A DNA stretch of 64,000 nt, taken from a virus. Taxonomy: Duplodnaviria > Caudoviricetes. Where the stretch lies: positions 33,556 to 97,555 of IMG/VR virus record IMGVR_UViG_3300030330_004154, one strand, 5' to 3'. Under the pieces are notes generated by a model that saw only the letters and a program-made list of their open reading frames with translations, was not told the DNA's origin and ran no database searches. The position numbers and the translations under genes are program-made. The stretch's first letter is position 1. Every line of letters starts with the position of its first letter. This document shows positions 31,599 through 41,240 of the stretch, in pieces.

Positions 31599-32573
31599 TT
31601 AAATGTTTGCTTTTATGCCTTCTGTAGTCATTCGCACAATTCCTCCATAAATGTTGGAATTTATAGCAATCATGTCCTGAACCTGAACATTAGTTAGGCG
31701 TAAATTTCCTCCATTATAATCCTGTGACAAAACTATTTCTGGGTATTCTTTTGCTCCTGAGACTGCTGAACCCCTGTAATCTAGGGGGTATACGCCGTCT
31801 TCATGTATCTTATTTGTGTTGAATAGTGATATAGTTTTATCGTTTTGCAATGAAACAATGTCAACAAGAGCATTTCTGGTTATTTCGTCCTCCGCTATAC
31901 AATGAAACAAAACGTCCGTGTAGACGTATTGACCGCCTCCCAGTTGATATCCTTTAAACCTCCTACTGGGAACTACTTCTACAGCTATAGTTGGTAGTTG
32001 AATCTTAGACTCTGGTGGTATTTGTACGTCAGAATCTTTACCATCAATAAAATTAGTATCCGGTTGATTTGAATTTTGCTGAATTTGCCTAACCCAAGGT
32101 AAATTAGAGGCATAAGTTACATTTATCCATTTGTAACTATATTCCGCTTGAACTTTAGATCCAGTCGGAATTGCAGTGTCAAAAACAATCCTCCCGTTAT
32201 GATAGTCAACATAATGCGCATAAGTCCCAGTTGTATCATGAGCATAAAAAGTGTCGTCAACATAAACGCCGGATATTCCGGGTGTTCCATCGTTGTTTGT
32301 GGTAATTGGTAAAGGTGTGTTAGTTATTCCAGATTGCCAAATCCAGTTAGATCTAAATCCCTCCCAAGCTTGACCATCTGTAAACCTTGGCTCTGAAACA
32401 GATCTTAATTTGCTGTAATCTTCACCGTTAGGGGCTTGCTCACCAAGGGTTACGTTAAAATAATTACCTTTTTGAAGTAGCCCATAATCAAAAAATTCAA
32501 CTAGACCATCTAAAATATCATTATTTAGCGTATATTGAAATACGTTTGTAAAGCCTTTTAAATTAGTAGTCAT
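31599..32573 (-). CDS. putative tail terminator/completion protein (324 aa)
   Basis: QLPTIAVE...GYQLGGGQ...DVLFHCIAE pattern; position just upstream of the tube gene. Confidence 0.5.
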   Translation of the reverse strand: MTTNLKGFTNVFQYTLNNDILDGLVEFFDYGLLQKGNYFNVTLGEQAPNGEDYSKLRSVSEPRFTDGQAWEGFRSNWIWQSGITNTPLPITTNNDGTPGISGVYVDDTFYAHDTTGTYAHYVDYHNGRIVFDTAIPTGSKVQAEYSYKWINVTYASNLPWVRQIQQNSNQPDTNFIDGKDSDVQIPPESKIQLPTIAVEVVPSRRFKGYQLGGGQYVYTDVLFHCIAEDEITRNALVDIVSLQNDKTISLFNTNKIHEDGVYPLDYRGSAVSGAKEYPEIVLSQDYNGGNLRLTNVQVQDMIAINSNIYGGIVRMTTEGIKANI

Positions 32574-33196
32574 TTGAACACCTCGGACATAATACTTTCT
32601 ATTTCCTTTTCTTTGCCTTCAAATGCTCTAGTTACAAAATTATTAGCCTGTGTGCCAGAAAATGAAGGTGGCACTCTAAATGAATTACCTGCAACCATTC
32701 TACCAGCACCAGATCTGCCACTACCCTGCGCATCGTACTGATATCCAGCAATTACAACAGAATCTCCTTTCGTCAAAAGCCAATCAAGCCAATGTAAATC
32801 TGAACCCTTTTGTGTAAGAACATGACCTTGAGGTAAAGCAAGTAAATTTTGAAAATCTTCAGGTTGTATCTTAAATGTCAAACCGCCCTTAAAATTTTGG
32901 TCTATTTTTGAAAAACTTATTTGTATAGAGTTCGACACGGCATCCGCTATTGCGTTTACAGCAGATACATCTGAACCTCTTGGTATTCCAAACAATGAGT
33001 TCAAACTATAAGGTACGCCACCCCCCTCTAGACTTGCCATTTCAGGTTGATTTAAAATAAACAATTTTGCAGCTTTTCTTAATTTGTCTACAGCAGCGCC
33101 TTTGCGTTTATTTAAGTACGTATTTAAATCACGAACAAGAGCGGACTTTATGTCTTTCTCTATTTTCGCAATCGGGTCTACTAATCTTAAATTCAT
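32570..33196 (-). CDS. putative neck/tail completion protein (208 aa)
   Basis: Position in head-tail joining order; C-terminal SGTQANNFVTRAF resembles HK97 gp10-like endings. Confidence 0.45.
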   Translation of the reverse strand: MNLRLVDPIAKIEKDIKSALVRDLNTYLNKRKGAAVDKLRKAAKLFILNQPEMASLEGGGVPYSLNSLFGIPRGSDVSAVNAIADAVSNSIQISFSKIDQNFKGGLTFKIQPEDFQNLLALPQGHVLTQKGSDLHWLDWLLTKGDSVVIAGYQYDAQGSGRSGAGRMVAGNSFRVPPSFSGTQANNFVTRAFEGKEKEIESIMSEVFK

Positions 33197-33672
33197 ACTC
33201 TTTCCCAGAAACAGCCGTAGTACCTAGTTAGACCAATGCCCATCGGAAAAGGTTCGCCTATAGTCTGAAATCTTGACTCCTTGCTCTCTTTAATGTCTTT
33301 GTGTACAATTAACTCTTTTGCTTTTTGAAACTTTGGAAGGTCGGTGGCAAAAAATATTGTTTGGATTCCGTTGTCTGGTGTTACTATATTACCACCAACT
33401 TTTACCCAGTCTCTCCTGTTCCAGTATACTTTTATCTTTATATCTTCGGTCTTTTCTACTTCTTTGATAGTCTTATTGTTTCTTTTGTAGTTTCCGTTAG
33501 GTCGTCTGTGTGGATTTACAGACCTGTTATCAGGTATATTGTCATAAGTGTTGTCAATAATTTCTATCTGCTCAATGTATACCAATTGACATGTAACTCC
33601 AAATATATTAAACGTGGAGTCAACTACGTCATAATATTTATCGAATACAGACTGAGGTATAGTTATTGGCAT
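33193..33672 (-). CDS. putative head closure (stopper) protein (159 aa)
   Basis: Size and position in the head-tail joining cluster. Confidence 0.45.
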   Translation of the reverse strand: MPITIPQSVFDKYYDVVDSTFNIFGVTCQLVYIEQIEIIDNTYDNIPDNRSVNPHRRPNGNYKRNNKTIKEVEKTEDIKIKVYWNRRDWVKVGGNIVTPDNGIQTIFFATDLPKFQKAKELIVHKDIKESKESRFQTIGEPFPMGIGLTRYYGCFWERV

Positions 33673-33676
33673 TTAA

Positions 33677-34138
33677 TTAACCTATTTTGTAAGCCATATG
33701 ACCGCCAAAGGTTCCAGCAGAACTGTTGACAACCAAGCTCTCACCAGATGCAGTTCTGTACATAATATCGTTGTCGTTAGCAGATACGCCGCCATTTGCA
33801 GCTATTGCCATAGGGCCACTGATGGCAGTTCTTGCCCCGGTATCAATTCCAGAAGAAAAAATCTGGAATGTAGATGCCGAATCTAAAATTATGGTATAGC
33901 TCATAACAGATATTTGCTTACCAGCAACACCTTCAACCAAAGTGGTTTGACCCGTAAATCCACTAACAGGAATAAATGAAGGATCTGTGCTAAATTCATA
34001 GTCACCATCTGTAGGCAACGCAGAATTAGTTAATTGCGCAGACATAGACTGCGTGTTTCCGTTAAGATTGGTGTAAGAAACGCCACCAAACTCCTTGAAA
34101 CCGTTAGAATTAATAACTTTTTGAACCGAATTTGACAT
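33677..34138 (-). CDS. hypothetical structural protein (153 aa)
   Basis: Beta-rich, Ser/Gly-rich; GGAG RBS. Confidence 0.55.
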   Translation of the reverse strand: MSNSVQKVINSNGFKEFGGVSYTNLNGNTQSMSAQLTNSALPTDGDYEFSTDPSFIPVSGFTGQTTLVEGVAGKQISVMSYTIILDSASTFQIFSSGIDTGARTAISGPMAIAANGGVSANDNDIMYRTASGESLVVNSSAGTFGGHMAYKIG

Positions 34139-34153
34139 TTATTTGACTCCGAA

Positions 34154-35311
34154 TTAAATTAATTGACCACTAACCCAACCGTTACCGTTGGCTATCATAA
34201 TATAACTATCACCGCTCGCAAAAGCTATTGCACCAACATTTGTTTCAGGAATTCCCTTAACACCACTAATATCAGCAACCGTGTCGTAAGTTGGAACAAC
34301 TAGCAACCCATTATTATTAACGATTGTATTATCGGTGTATCCACCAATGCCACTATCTGAGACTAACATGTTTTTGAATTTAATCGTACCGCTAACATGA
34401 AACTCATCTGGATTTGTTGAAGTGTCCAGCCTTAAAGAATCTGAGTATGTAATATGTTTGTTTTCTTTATAAAAAGCTACATTGCCAAGAGCTTTATCTG
34501 CACTTTGGTCTTGTGTTACATATAAACCTGAAAGGTTTGGTATATCTTGTATTTCTAATGTTCTAAATATAGGATGTTTATCGCCACAGTCTGCTGGACA
34601 CTCACCAGAAGTTACACCAAGAAATGTGCCAGCAGTTTGATGTCTAAAATGAATTTCTTCCTTTACTACTCCAGACAACTCTAAAATACCGCTTGCTAGA
34701 GAAGATAATCTATTTCTAAAAAATGGCTCTCTTTGTCTTCCTGTTGAAAAACCAACGCCAACCTCTACAAAATCAATACCAGAGGCGCCGAGTGTAATTC
34801 CAGAAACCCTAAGAGTTGAAGTGCTATTGTTACCCTCAATATCTAAGGCTGCTCTTGGATCGCGTGTATTTATACCTACTCTTCCGCTATCTTCTATCCA
34901 GACCAAATCAGGATCACTATCTAAAGTTTGCGCACCGGACCAGTAGCTAATGCTAGTTTTTCTAGCTGATGAAATTGAATCAAAAGGGTTAGAAACAACA
35001 CCAAAGACTCCGGGATAAGTGGCGTATACCTCTTTCAATCCGTTGTCTACAAAGCTAACTTTTGAATTATCTGACTCAGATGAACGAACAGAATTCCTAC
35101 TAAGCTTAATATCAGTTCCAACTTGAAACAAAGTACCAGAACCAACTTCATATTTAGAGCCATCCGTAATTGCATAAAAAGTATGACCACTTAAAGGTAA
35201 GTAGTCAAGGAAAGCACTAAACCCAGCCACAGCGCCTTCTAATATAACATCAGAAGTGCCTGTGATATGAGTAGTTTCTTTTATTCTGTCGAAAAGTGTA
35301 ACGTCTTCCAT
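34154..35311 (-). CDS. fibre-like structural protein with DR(I/V)KETT N-terminal domain (385 aa)
   Basis: N-terminus aligns with 41240-43993; fibre-type GRVGINTRDPRAALDI motif. Confidence 0.6.
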   Translation of the reverse strand: MEDVTLFDRIKETTHITGTSDVILEGAVAGFSAFLDYLPLSGHTFYAITDGSKYEVGSGTLFQVGTDIKLSRNSVRSSESDNSKVSFVDNGLKEVYATYPGVFGVVSNPFDSISSARKTSISYWSGAQTLDSDPDLVWIEDSGRVGINTRDPRAALDIEGNNSTSTLRVSGITLGASGIDFVEVGVGFSTGRQREPFFRNRLSSLASGILELSGVVKEEIHFRHQTAGTFLGVTSGECPADCGDKHPIFRTLEIQDIPNLSGLYVTQDQSADKALGNVAFYKENKHITYSDSLRLDTSTNPDEFHVSGTIKFKNMLVSDSGIGGYTDNTIVNNNGLLVVPTYDTVADISGVKGIPETNVGAIAFASGDSYIMIANGNGWVSGQLI

Positions 35312-35315
35312 TTAT

Positions 35316-36296
35316 CTAACTTACCGTTGGGGATGCATCTGCTACAGTATCTGGACCTAATCCGTAAGCTACAAAGTCATTTAGTTCAGCGTCAACCAAG
35401 TCATTGTCATCACTTCTTATGACATAGTGGATACTTCTAAGAGCGGTTGCGTCGTCTCCCTCTCTTAACATTAAACCAACACTATTTATATCAAAAGCGT
35501 CAAAGGTTCCGCTACCAGTGTTGGCGTTACTGTTTCCAATCGCCACGTAGTTATTATCAGCAAAGATACCACTAGCAAAAGTGATTTTGATAACACCTTT
35601 ACTAATTCTTTGCACGCTGTCAATGTTATAGGAAGATCTAACTACAGGTAAAGCTGCCGCTGTACCGCTGGCATCAAAATTACACCAAGCTTTTGCAATG
35701 CCCTTTGCGGTTCCAGACCCATTAACGTCTTGGTGTGTAGAGCCATCTGCATAAACAATTCTAGCGCGAGCGTTGATAACAGGCACTGCGCCACTATAAG
35801 TAAACTGAAGACCTTCATCATCAACTCCAGAGGGGCCAATCCAATGTGGATCTACGCCATTCTGTCTCATTCTTAGATTTCCACGCATACCGCCGGTGCT
35901 GCCACCGGCTTCAAGTAGATATTGCGGATGGCAATCGTTGCTATCTCCAGTCCTGTTTGTTAGGTGGTTGTGGTCAAGCTTACCAGATCCCGGATAAGGT
36001 TCTAGCTGAATATTGTTTGCCAGAGTAGGGTGGTAGTCAACAGGAGTGTTAGGAAATTGGATTCCACCTTCAGTTATAAGTCTCTTTTCGCCAGCACCAT
36101 CTCCAGAAACTTTAACGTTATTTTGGAAATAATACACGTCCTCCGTGTTAGAAAGTGACATTATTTTTCCAACAGAAGCAACAGCATCTTCCATGTTGTG
36201 TCTTACATCTTCAGCACTAATCAAACCGGCGTTATTATCAGCTAAGTCGGCTGATATGCTAGTTAATATTGCTCCAGAATCTTGAATTGTAGGCAT
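35316..36296 (-). CDS. fibre-like structural protein (326 aa)
   Basis: N-terminus (LADNNAGLISAEDVR) aligns with 47750-49303; C-terminal AKAWCNFD...SYNIDSV..ISKG.IKITF module of the kind seen at fibre tips. Confidence 0.6.
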   Translation of the reverse strand: MPTIQDSGAILTSISADLADNNAGLISAEDVRHNMEDAVASVGKIMSLSNTEDVYYFQNNVKVSGDGAGEKRLITEGGIQFPNTPVDYHPTLANNIQLEPYPGSGKLDHNHLTNRTGDSNDCHPQYLLEAGGSTGGMRGNLRMRQNGVDPHWIGPSGVDDEGLQFTYSGAVPVINARARIVYADGSTHQDVNGSGTAKGIAKAWCNFDASGTAAALPVVRSSYNIDSVQRISKGVIKITFASGIFADNNYVAIGNSNANTGSGTFDAFDINSVGLMLREGDDATALRSIHYVIRSDDNDLVDAELNDFVAYGLGPDTVADASPTVS

Positions 36297-36307
36297 TAAA
36301 TTTACTC

Positions 36308-36829
36308 CTAATAATTAAAATATCCGCCGGATCTGTGATCTACGCCGTGTCGTGTGATTGTATCAGAACCGGGAGAGTAAGGACTAAGGATTGCTTGTCC
36401 GTTAATCGAAGACTCGCCAGATTCATACGCGAATAACATGTTTTCATACTTTTCGCACATGTCTTTGTATAGTACAGCTAAGGTTTGGGTAACTCCCCTC
36501 AAGTCAATGGCGGAAGGGCCATCTTTGATAGAGATTGCATTACCAGATTCGCTCCTGATATCACCACCCAGTATGATGCAGGCGGTTTTAAGGCAAACCA
36601 AAGCTAGAAAATCATTGTCTTTTGTGTCGGTTTCAGTTGGATCTGGAGACAATAAACAAGCCTCTACGTTTATATCATAGGTGTTTGCAAAATCTGTCTC
36701 AATTATAACCAGTTGAGCAGCAACTAGTATTGACGTTTCTATTCTTTTGTCGGTGAATTTGTAACTTGCGGAATCGGTATCATTTATTAGATGCCTAACC
36801 ACAGTACTCATTTGACCTTGCCAAGACAT
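36308..36829 (-). CDS. putative head-tail adaptor protein (173 aa)
   Basis: VRHLINDTD...FTDKRIE N-terminal pattern of adaptor proteins; helical; position. Confidence 0.55.
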   Translation of the reverse strand: MSWQGQMSTVVRHLINDTDSASYKFTDKRIETSILVAAQLVIIETDFANTYDINVEACLLSPDPTETDTKDNDFLALVCLKTACIILGGDIRSESGNAISIKDGPSAIDLRGVTQTLAVLYKDMCEKYENMLFAYESGESSINGQAILSPYSPGSDTITRHGVDHRSGGYFNY

Positions 36830-36837
36830 AATTACCC

Positions 36838-37149
36838 CTATAGATTGCAGTGTGCTTTAAAAGTGTGAATGTCTGTATGATACGTCCCACTTGGTAAAGT
36901 AACAACACCTTGCAATTTATAGTTACCAACCTCGTCTATGTCTCCAACCACCGTATCGTAATACATAACCCCGGAAAGGGCGCTCCCATCGTCAAATCTC
37001 AAGGCAGATCTATTTATTACAGTGTCACTAGGTTTTCTTATATCTACCCTTAACGACGTAGCACCAGAGATATTTACAAGATCGGCCCCGTCTTTTACGG
37101 TTAATTGGAATCTAGTTCCAACATCATCTTTATGTATTTCGCTAGGCAT
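36838..37149 (-). CDS. BppU N-terminal-like Ig-fold structural protein (103 aa)
   Basis: DVGTRFQLTVKD...VNISGAT...RKPS...G.MYY....DIDEVGNYKLQ pattern. Confidence 0.55.
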   Translation of the reverse strand: MPSEIHKDDVGTRFQLTVKDGADLVNISGATSLRVDIRKPSDTVINRSALRFDDGSALSGVMYYDTVVGDIDEVGNYKLQGVVTLPSGTYHTDIHTFKAHCNL

Positions 37150-37401
37150 TTAATTTTCCAGAGTAAAATCTACTTGCTTTTCTATATGAATATCGTATTC
37201 TAACTGCTTTTCTACAGTCGCGGTATATTGCTTCTCTGTATTAATATACACGTCATGAGCAGATTTTTGTTTTAATGAAATATTTTTTGACAATTCTTGA
37301 TCTATAAAAACTTCATATTCTACAACGTCTCCATTGAAAGTAGCTGTCATTTCTTCAGACGTGCATATCGGAAGTTCGCTATAACATGTGCCAATAAACA
37401 T
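37150..37401 (-). CDS. hypothetical protein (83 aa)
   Basis: Coupled to both neighbours; ~12-residue periodic pattern. Confidence 0.55.
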   Translation of the reverse strand: MFIGTCYSELPICTSEEMTATFNGDVVEYEVFIDQELSKNISLKQKSAHDVYINTEKQYTATVEKQLEYDIHIEKQVDFTLEN

Positions 37402-37697
37402 TATATTGCTGGGTCGTTAATCGTGACGCTTGTATCTACAGAGTTAGCTGCTTGCTGTTTTGCCAATCTAACTTCGTAAGCTGCTACATTTGCTGATAAA
37501 AACTCTCTCACCATCCTGTTTCCAAATTGAGCAAGGGTTTCTGGGTTATCAATCATTTCTGGGTTATCCTCAGAAACTGGTTGCAGTGGATCAAATTCTG
37601 GGTTGCTCACCTGATCTGGTCTGCGATAATTTTCAGCCAAAGATGTCAAGACTCTACCCACATCTGAATCTACAATTTCTATTCTAAATTCTGCCAT
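37401..37697 (-). CDS. hypothetical protein (98 aa)
   Basis: Likely start ATG 37697 (MAEFRIE) with AAGGAG RBS and promoter motif upstream; the track start at 37769 overlaps the previous gene. Confidence 0.65.
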   Translation of the reverse strand: MAEFRIEIVDSDVGRVLTSLAENYRRPDQVSNPEFDPLQPVSEDNPEMIDNPETLAQFGNRMVREFLSANVAAYEVRLAKQQAANSVDTSVTINDPAI

Positions 37698-37707
37698 AAT
37701 TTCTCCT

Positions 37708-38451
37708 TTATAAGACCGGGTTAACATTAATATTATACACTGAATCTGACCAAAAACAGCCAAGATCATTTAAATACTCATTATGCATAGTTTTATTCTT
37801 GTGGTAGTACACTGGAAGTAGAGTAGTTTTTACCCCCATCGCCAGAGAGCAAATAGCAAAATGAAGCCTATCGGTTTTTACGGAAGATAATGTTGCTGCA
37901 TATTGCCAGTATTGCTGGGGTGTATGACAAAAGAAAGCAGGGTCTTTTCTTTCGGGCGGTGCTATATATTGAAATACAGTTTCTCCGGTTTTTCTAAGGA
38001 ATGTTTCATCTCCACTTTTTTCGCAAATAACTTCTGGAAAATCAAATCCTAGCGCTAAATCTGGCACTATATCTCCCTTCCCTATTATATCTCTACTGAC
38101 AGAATCCCTGAAATATAATCTTTCAAACGGTAAATCTTCTTTCTTAAACACCGATTGAGGTAGCATCCAGCAGGGTATTCCAGACTCAAAAGCCTTTTTT
38201 CTTATAGCTGCGCACTTTGGGTAGCCTACATTCCCACCAGCAAAAAGTAATAACTTGTCGCATTTGGGTATACTATCTTCCGCCAAAGCGTTTACTGTGA
38301 AGTGGTCAACGCCAAACTCTTGACAAAACCGCCTAGTAGCCAAGTACAGTAAATCATCACCAACGTTACCAAATCCGTCTACAATCCCAACCCTAAGACC
38401 TTTTAAATCTTCAAATATTGGCGCAAATAAAGACTTGTCGAGCAATCTCAT
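37708..38451 (-). CDS. polysaccharide pyruvyl transferase family protein
   Basis: GNVGDDLL, FAGGN, LPQSV, YFRDSVS, VPDLAL and TDRLHFAI motifs. Confidence 0.8.
   Translation of the reverse strand: MRLLDKSLFAPIFEDLKGLRVGIVDGFGNVGDDLLYLATRRFCQEFGVDHFTVNALAEDSIPKCDKLLLFAGGNVGYPKCAAIRKKAFESGIPCWMLPQSVFKKEDLPFERLYFRDSVSRDIIGKGDIVPDLALGFDFPEVICEKSGDETFLRKTGETVFQYIAPPERKDPAFFCHTPQQYWQYAATLSSVKTDRLHFAICSLAMGVKTTLLPVYYHKNKTMHNEYLNDLGCFWSDSVYNINVNPVL
37732..37740 (-). promoter_or_regulatory. putative late promoter motif GTGTATAAT
   Basis: Recurrent motif ~35 nt upstream of ATG 37697, inside the 3' end of the upstream gene. Confidence 0.6.
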
Positions 38452-39005
38452 TTCTCGTATCCGCCTTCCAGAAAATCACTATAATGTAAATAGTATATCA
38501 TATCTTTGTGGTATTGTGTTAGAGTAAAGTCGAGATCGTCAGACTTATTGCTATGAGGGAAAGCGTGTTGTTCTTTAAAAAGATTTAGTTCACGCAATCC
38601 ATTTTCTACATCTTCTACTTTTAACAAATAATCATATTTGTATATCTTTGTTACTGGAAACTTTATCAATTGCTTGGAATGAACCATCAACCAATCGTCA
38701 AAGCTAAGTTCGCTGTTGCTTTTAAGCGCATGTTTCCACTGACTAAGCGCTCTGTCGTAGGGGTTTCTAATTGGAAGAACTTTAGTGTAATTTGTAGCCC
38801 TTTTGGAGAACCAGTTTGTATGCCCTAAAGCTGGCTCATGTTCTGGCTGGGCGACATCGTTTGGTAGGTATGGCACTGGACCCTGAACAAAAACAAACTT
38901 ATCAACACCAAACACCTTATAGCTCGTTAAATAATTAGCGATAGACGTACTGTAGTTCTTGAAGGGTTGCCAAACTAAAATATTTTTAGAGTTATTTATT
39001 AGCAC
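38448..39005 (-). CDS. sulfotransferase family 2-like protein
   Basis: 5'-PSB-like PFKNYSTSI, 3'-PB IRNPYDRALSQW, KVED and C-terminal YSDF...Y. Confidence 0.7.
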   Translation of the reverse strand: MLINNSKNILVWQPFKNYSTSIANYLTSYKVFGVDKFVFVQGPVPYLPNDVAQPEHEPALGHTNWFSKRATNYTKVLPIRNPYDRALSQWKHALKSNSELSFDDWLMVHSKQLIKFPVTKIYKYDYLLKVEDVENGLRELNLFKEQHAFPHSNKSDDLDFTLTQYHKDMIYYLHYSDFLEGGYEK

Positions 39006-39796
39006 GTCTCCCTCCAGAATGGTCTGAACATTTCTTGGTGGTCTATTTCGGGCTGTGGAAAATATTCGTAATTACCCTGAGCTATTCTTTCTAAAAGATC
39101 TATCCTGTAGTGAATTGGCCTGCAACCATTTACGTGTACAAAATAAGCGTCTTCAATCTTAGACCAGAACTCAAAGTCTATAAACTCTAGGTTGTATCTC
39201 CAATTAACTAATTCAAAGTCGTCTTCATTTAGGTTCAGGATAAGATAATCCTGATCAAAGCACCATAATTTATAGTAGGGTTTTTCTGGTTGTGAGTATT
39301 TATCAGCAAACTTTTTAGGGAAAAACATCATACCATTGTTTGGCTGAATATTTCTATTGTTTTTACATAAGTGTGGATAGTCTTCTAAAATTAAAAACCT
39401 TTCATAACAAAAGGATTTAAATAAAGTATTATGGTAGGAATTCTTTAATATTTGAAATTCATCTACTAAGGATATTTTATCTTTATTGAATATATCAAAC
39501 ACATTTGGTGAATCCTCTTTAACTACAATATCACAATCTAAGTACAGGGTGTGTTCATATTTTTCGATTACTTGTTTTAATCTATACTTATTAGACATAG
39601 GCCAGCCTGAAGACAGATCTCCATTTAGCTCAACGTAGTCAGCACCACAAGAGTTAGCATAGTTTAATATACTTGGTCTCGTTACATCAAGCTGCTTTGC
39701 GGCGACATCATTAGCTGGAATTACACAAACAGCAATGTCTGAATTTTGACGAGGTAAAGTATCATCAAATTGTATAACAGGCGTTAGCGGCTTCAT
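38999..39796 (-). CDS. GT-A fold glycosyltransferase (GT8/GT34-like)
   Basis: YANSCGADY, LYLDCDIVV (DxD), NNGMMFF, DQDYL, YFVHVNG. Confidence 0.75.
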   Translation of the reverse strand: MKPLTPVIQFDDTLPRQNSDIAVCVIPANDVAAKQLDVTRPSILNYANSCGADYVELNGDLSSGWPMSNKYRLKQVIEKYEHTLYLDCDIVVKEDSPNVFDIFNKDKISLVDEFQILKNSYHNTLFKSFCYERFLILEDYPHLCKNNRNIQPNNGMMFFPKKFADKYSQPEKPYYKLWCFDQDYLILNLNEDDFELVNWRYNLEFIDFEFWSKIEDAYFVHVNGCRPIHYRIDLLERIAQGNYEYFPQPEIDHQEMFRPFWRETC

Positions 39797-40824
39797 TTAA
39801 ACGACCCCTCTTCTGGGCATATTATAAGCCTTTCGCTCTGAGATCTCATAAGTTGCGCCTCAAGTTTTTCGCTCTCCATAAAAAAATGAGCATCAACTTC
39901 GCGCAAAACATCTGATTTAAACTTAGCAGCTTCTACTGCATGATTAGCATCTCTCTCTTGCTGTCTTTCGCTAGGAAACATTCTAAGAAATCTATATTTT
40001 ACTTTGTGTTTTTCCAACCACTCTTCTGTTTCGTCTCTGTATTTTTCAAGCCTTGCTGTTACTATACCCTTACACGTATGTACCTTTGGCAACCTGTGAT
40101 GATAAGGTTCTACATTTTTTATATAATCAATATATTTTTCTTCATCTTTAGCAATTTGATACGGAACGTTAGGACATAGTATTCCGTCGAAATCAAGTAA
40201 ACACTGACTAATGTAAGAACTATTAAAAAAATTCCACTCTAATAAATGTGGAGGTGGTAACTCTTTACCATACAGATCAACTAATTTTAACGAAGAAGGG
40301 TGTACATATAAAGAACCAAATAGAAAATTATCTCTACCTAGTTGTTTTTTTATAGGGGCTAATGAATTACCTGCATATACCGTATCGTCTAAAACCAAAA
40401 TCTTGCCGTCTAAATCTTTATGGTTCTCCATTCTCTTTCCGCCAAACTTACATACTCCAGACATAGGTTCAACAGAACCGTCTTTTTGTATAGAATACAA
40501 AGGAAGGTTAAGCATAACAGAGCAAAAGCTTGCAGGTAAAAATCCAGACCTTGGAACTGGCGCAATTCCTTTTATGTTTAGGTTAGCTATTTTTGGTATA
40601 AGATAATCTACACAGTCTTTTATCAACTGTTGATTAGTAATATATTTGCCATCAAGAACTAATTTTCTTCTATCGTGCTTTTTATCACAATCTATCTTAT
40701 AACTTGCTCTTTCTTCTTCACTAGCACCTTGACACCACTGCCAGTTTGGTGGGCTGTATGTCATTTCCTGTCTAAAATATTCACAATACCCCGCTTGAGG
40801 GCATTGGCATTCCTTAGCCGACAT
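39793..40824 (-). CDS. Cys-rich N-terminus + type I phosphoribosyltransferase + HAD-like phosphatase fusion
   Basis: VPRSG and ILVLDDTVYAGNS (PRPP-binding loop); LLDFDGILC (HAD motif I); VTAR (motif II). Confidence 0.75.
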   Translation of the reverse strand: MSAKECQCPQAGYCEYFRQEMTYSPPNWQWCQGASEEERASYKIDCDKKHDRRKLVLDGKYITNQQLIKDCVDYLIPKIANLNIKGIAPVPRSGFLPASFCSVMLNLPLYSIQKDGSVEPMSGVCKFGGKRMENHKDLDGKILVLDDTVYAGNSLAPIKKQLGRDNFLFGSLYVHPSSLKLVDLYGKELPPPHLLEWNFFNSSYISQCLLDFDGILCPNVPYQIAKDEEKYIDYIKNVEPYHHRLPKVHTCKGIVTARLEKYRDETEEWLEKHKVKYRFLRMFPSERQQERDANHAVEAAKFKSDVLREVDAHFFMESEKLEAQLMRSQSERLIICPEEGSFK

Positions 40825-40832
40825 TATTAATC

Positions 40833-41240
40833 CTATATAAAAACGTTAAAGGCTTCCCCTAGAACCATTACCACTTTGTGGTCTGCAATTTGAGGCGAAC
40901 CAGAACTCCCTCCTCCTCGATATAGGTCGGCAGGAGAATCGTCTCCTAATCCTGCCGTATCGTAAATGTATTTCAAAGTCATTTCAGGTTGATCCCCAAA
41001 CTCTCCGGTTTCACCGATTGCTGTTATCAAGTAAACATACGTAGACGCAACAGTGCTACTAGTTCCCGCTCCCGCAGTTCTTTTTTCCACGTATGCAAAT
41101 TGACCAACCTTTGCTGCGCTTATGTCTTGACCCGAATCGTATGCTATTACATAGTTAGGGCCAGAACCCGTAACGGAACCCTCATTGTATGCTTCTACTG
41201 TAGCTATAATTACAACGTGGTTTCTTAAATTCCTAGCCAT
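40833..41240 (-). CDS. hypothetical protein (135 aa)
   Basis: Start overlaps the upstream stop (TAATG). Confidence 0.65.
   Translation of the reverse strand: MARNLRNHVVIIATVEAYNEGSVTGSGPNYVIAYDSGQDISAAKVGQFAYVEKRTAGAGTSSTVASTYVYLITAIGETGEFGDQPEMTLKYIYDTAGLGDDSPADLYRGGGSSGSPQIADHKVVMVLGEAFNVFI

Noticed and set aside
27995-33672. Contractile tail sheath or a classical slippery-site G/GT frameshift
   Set aside because: No sheath-like gene next to the tube gene; the chaperone-region ORFs each have their own start and RBS with no overlapping extension frame.
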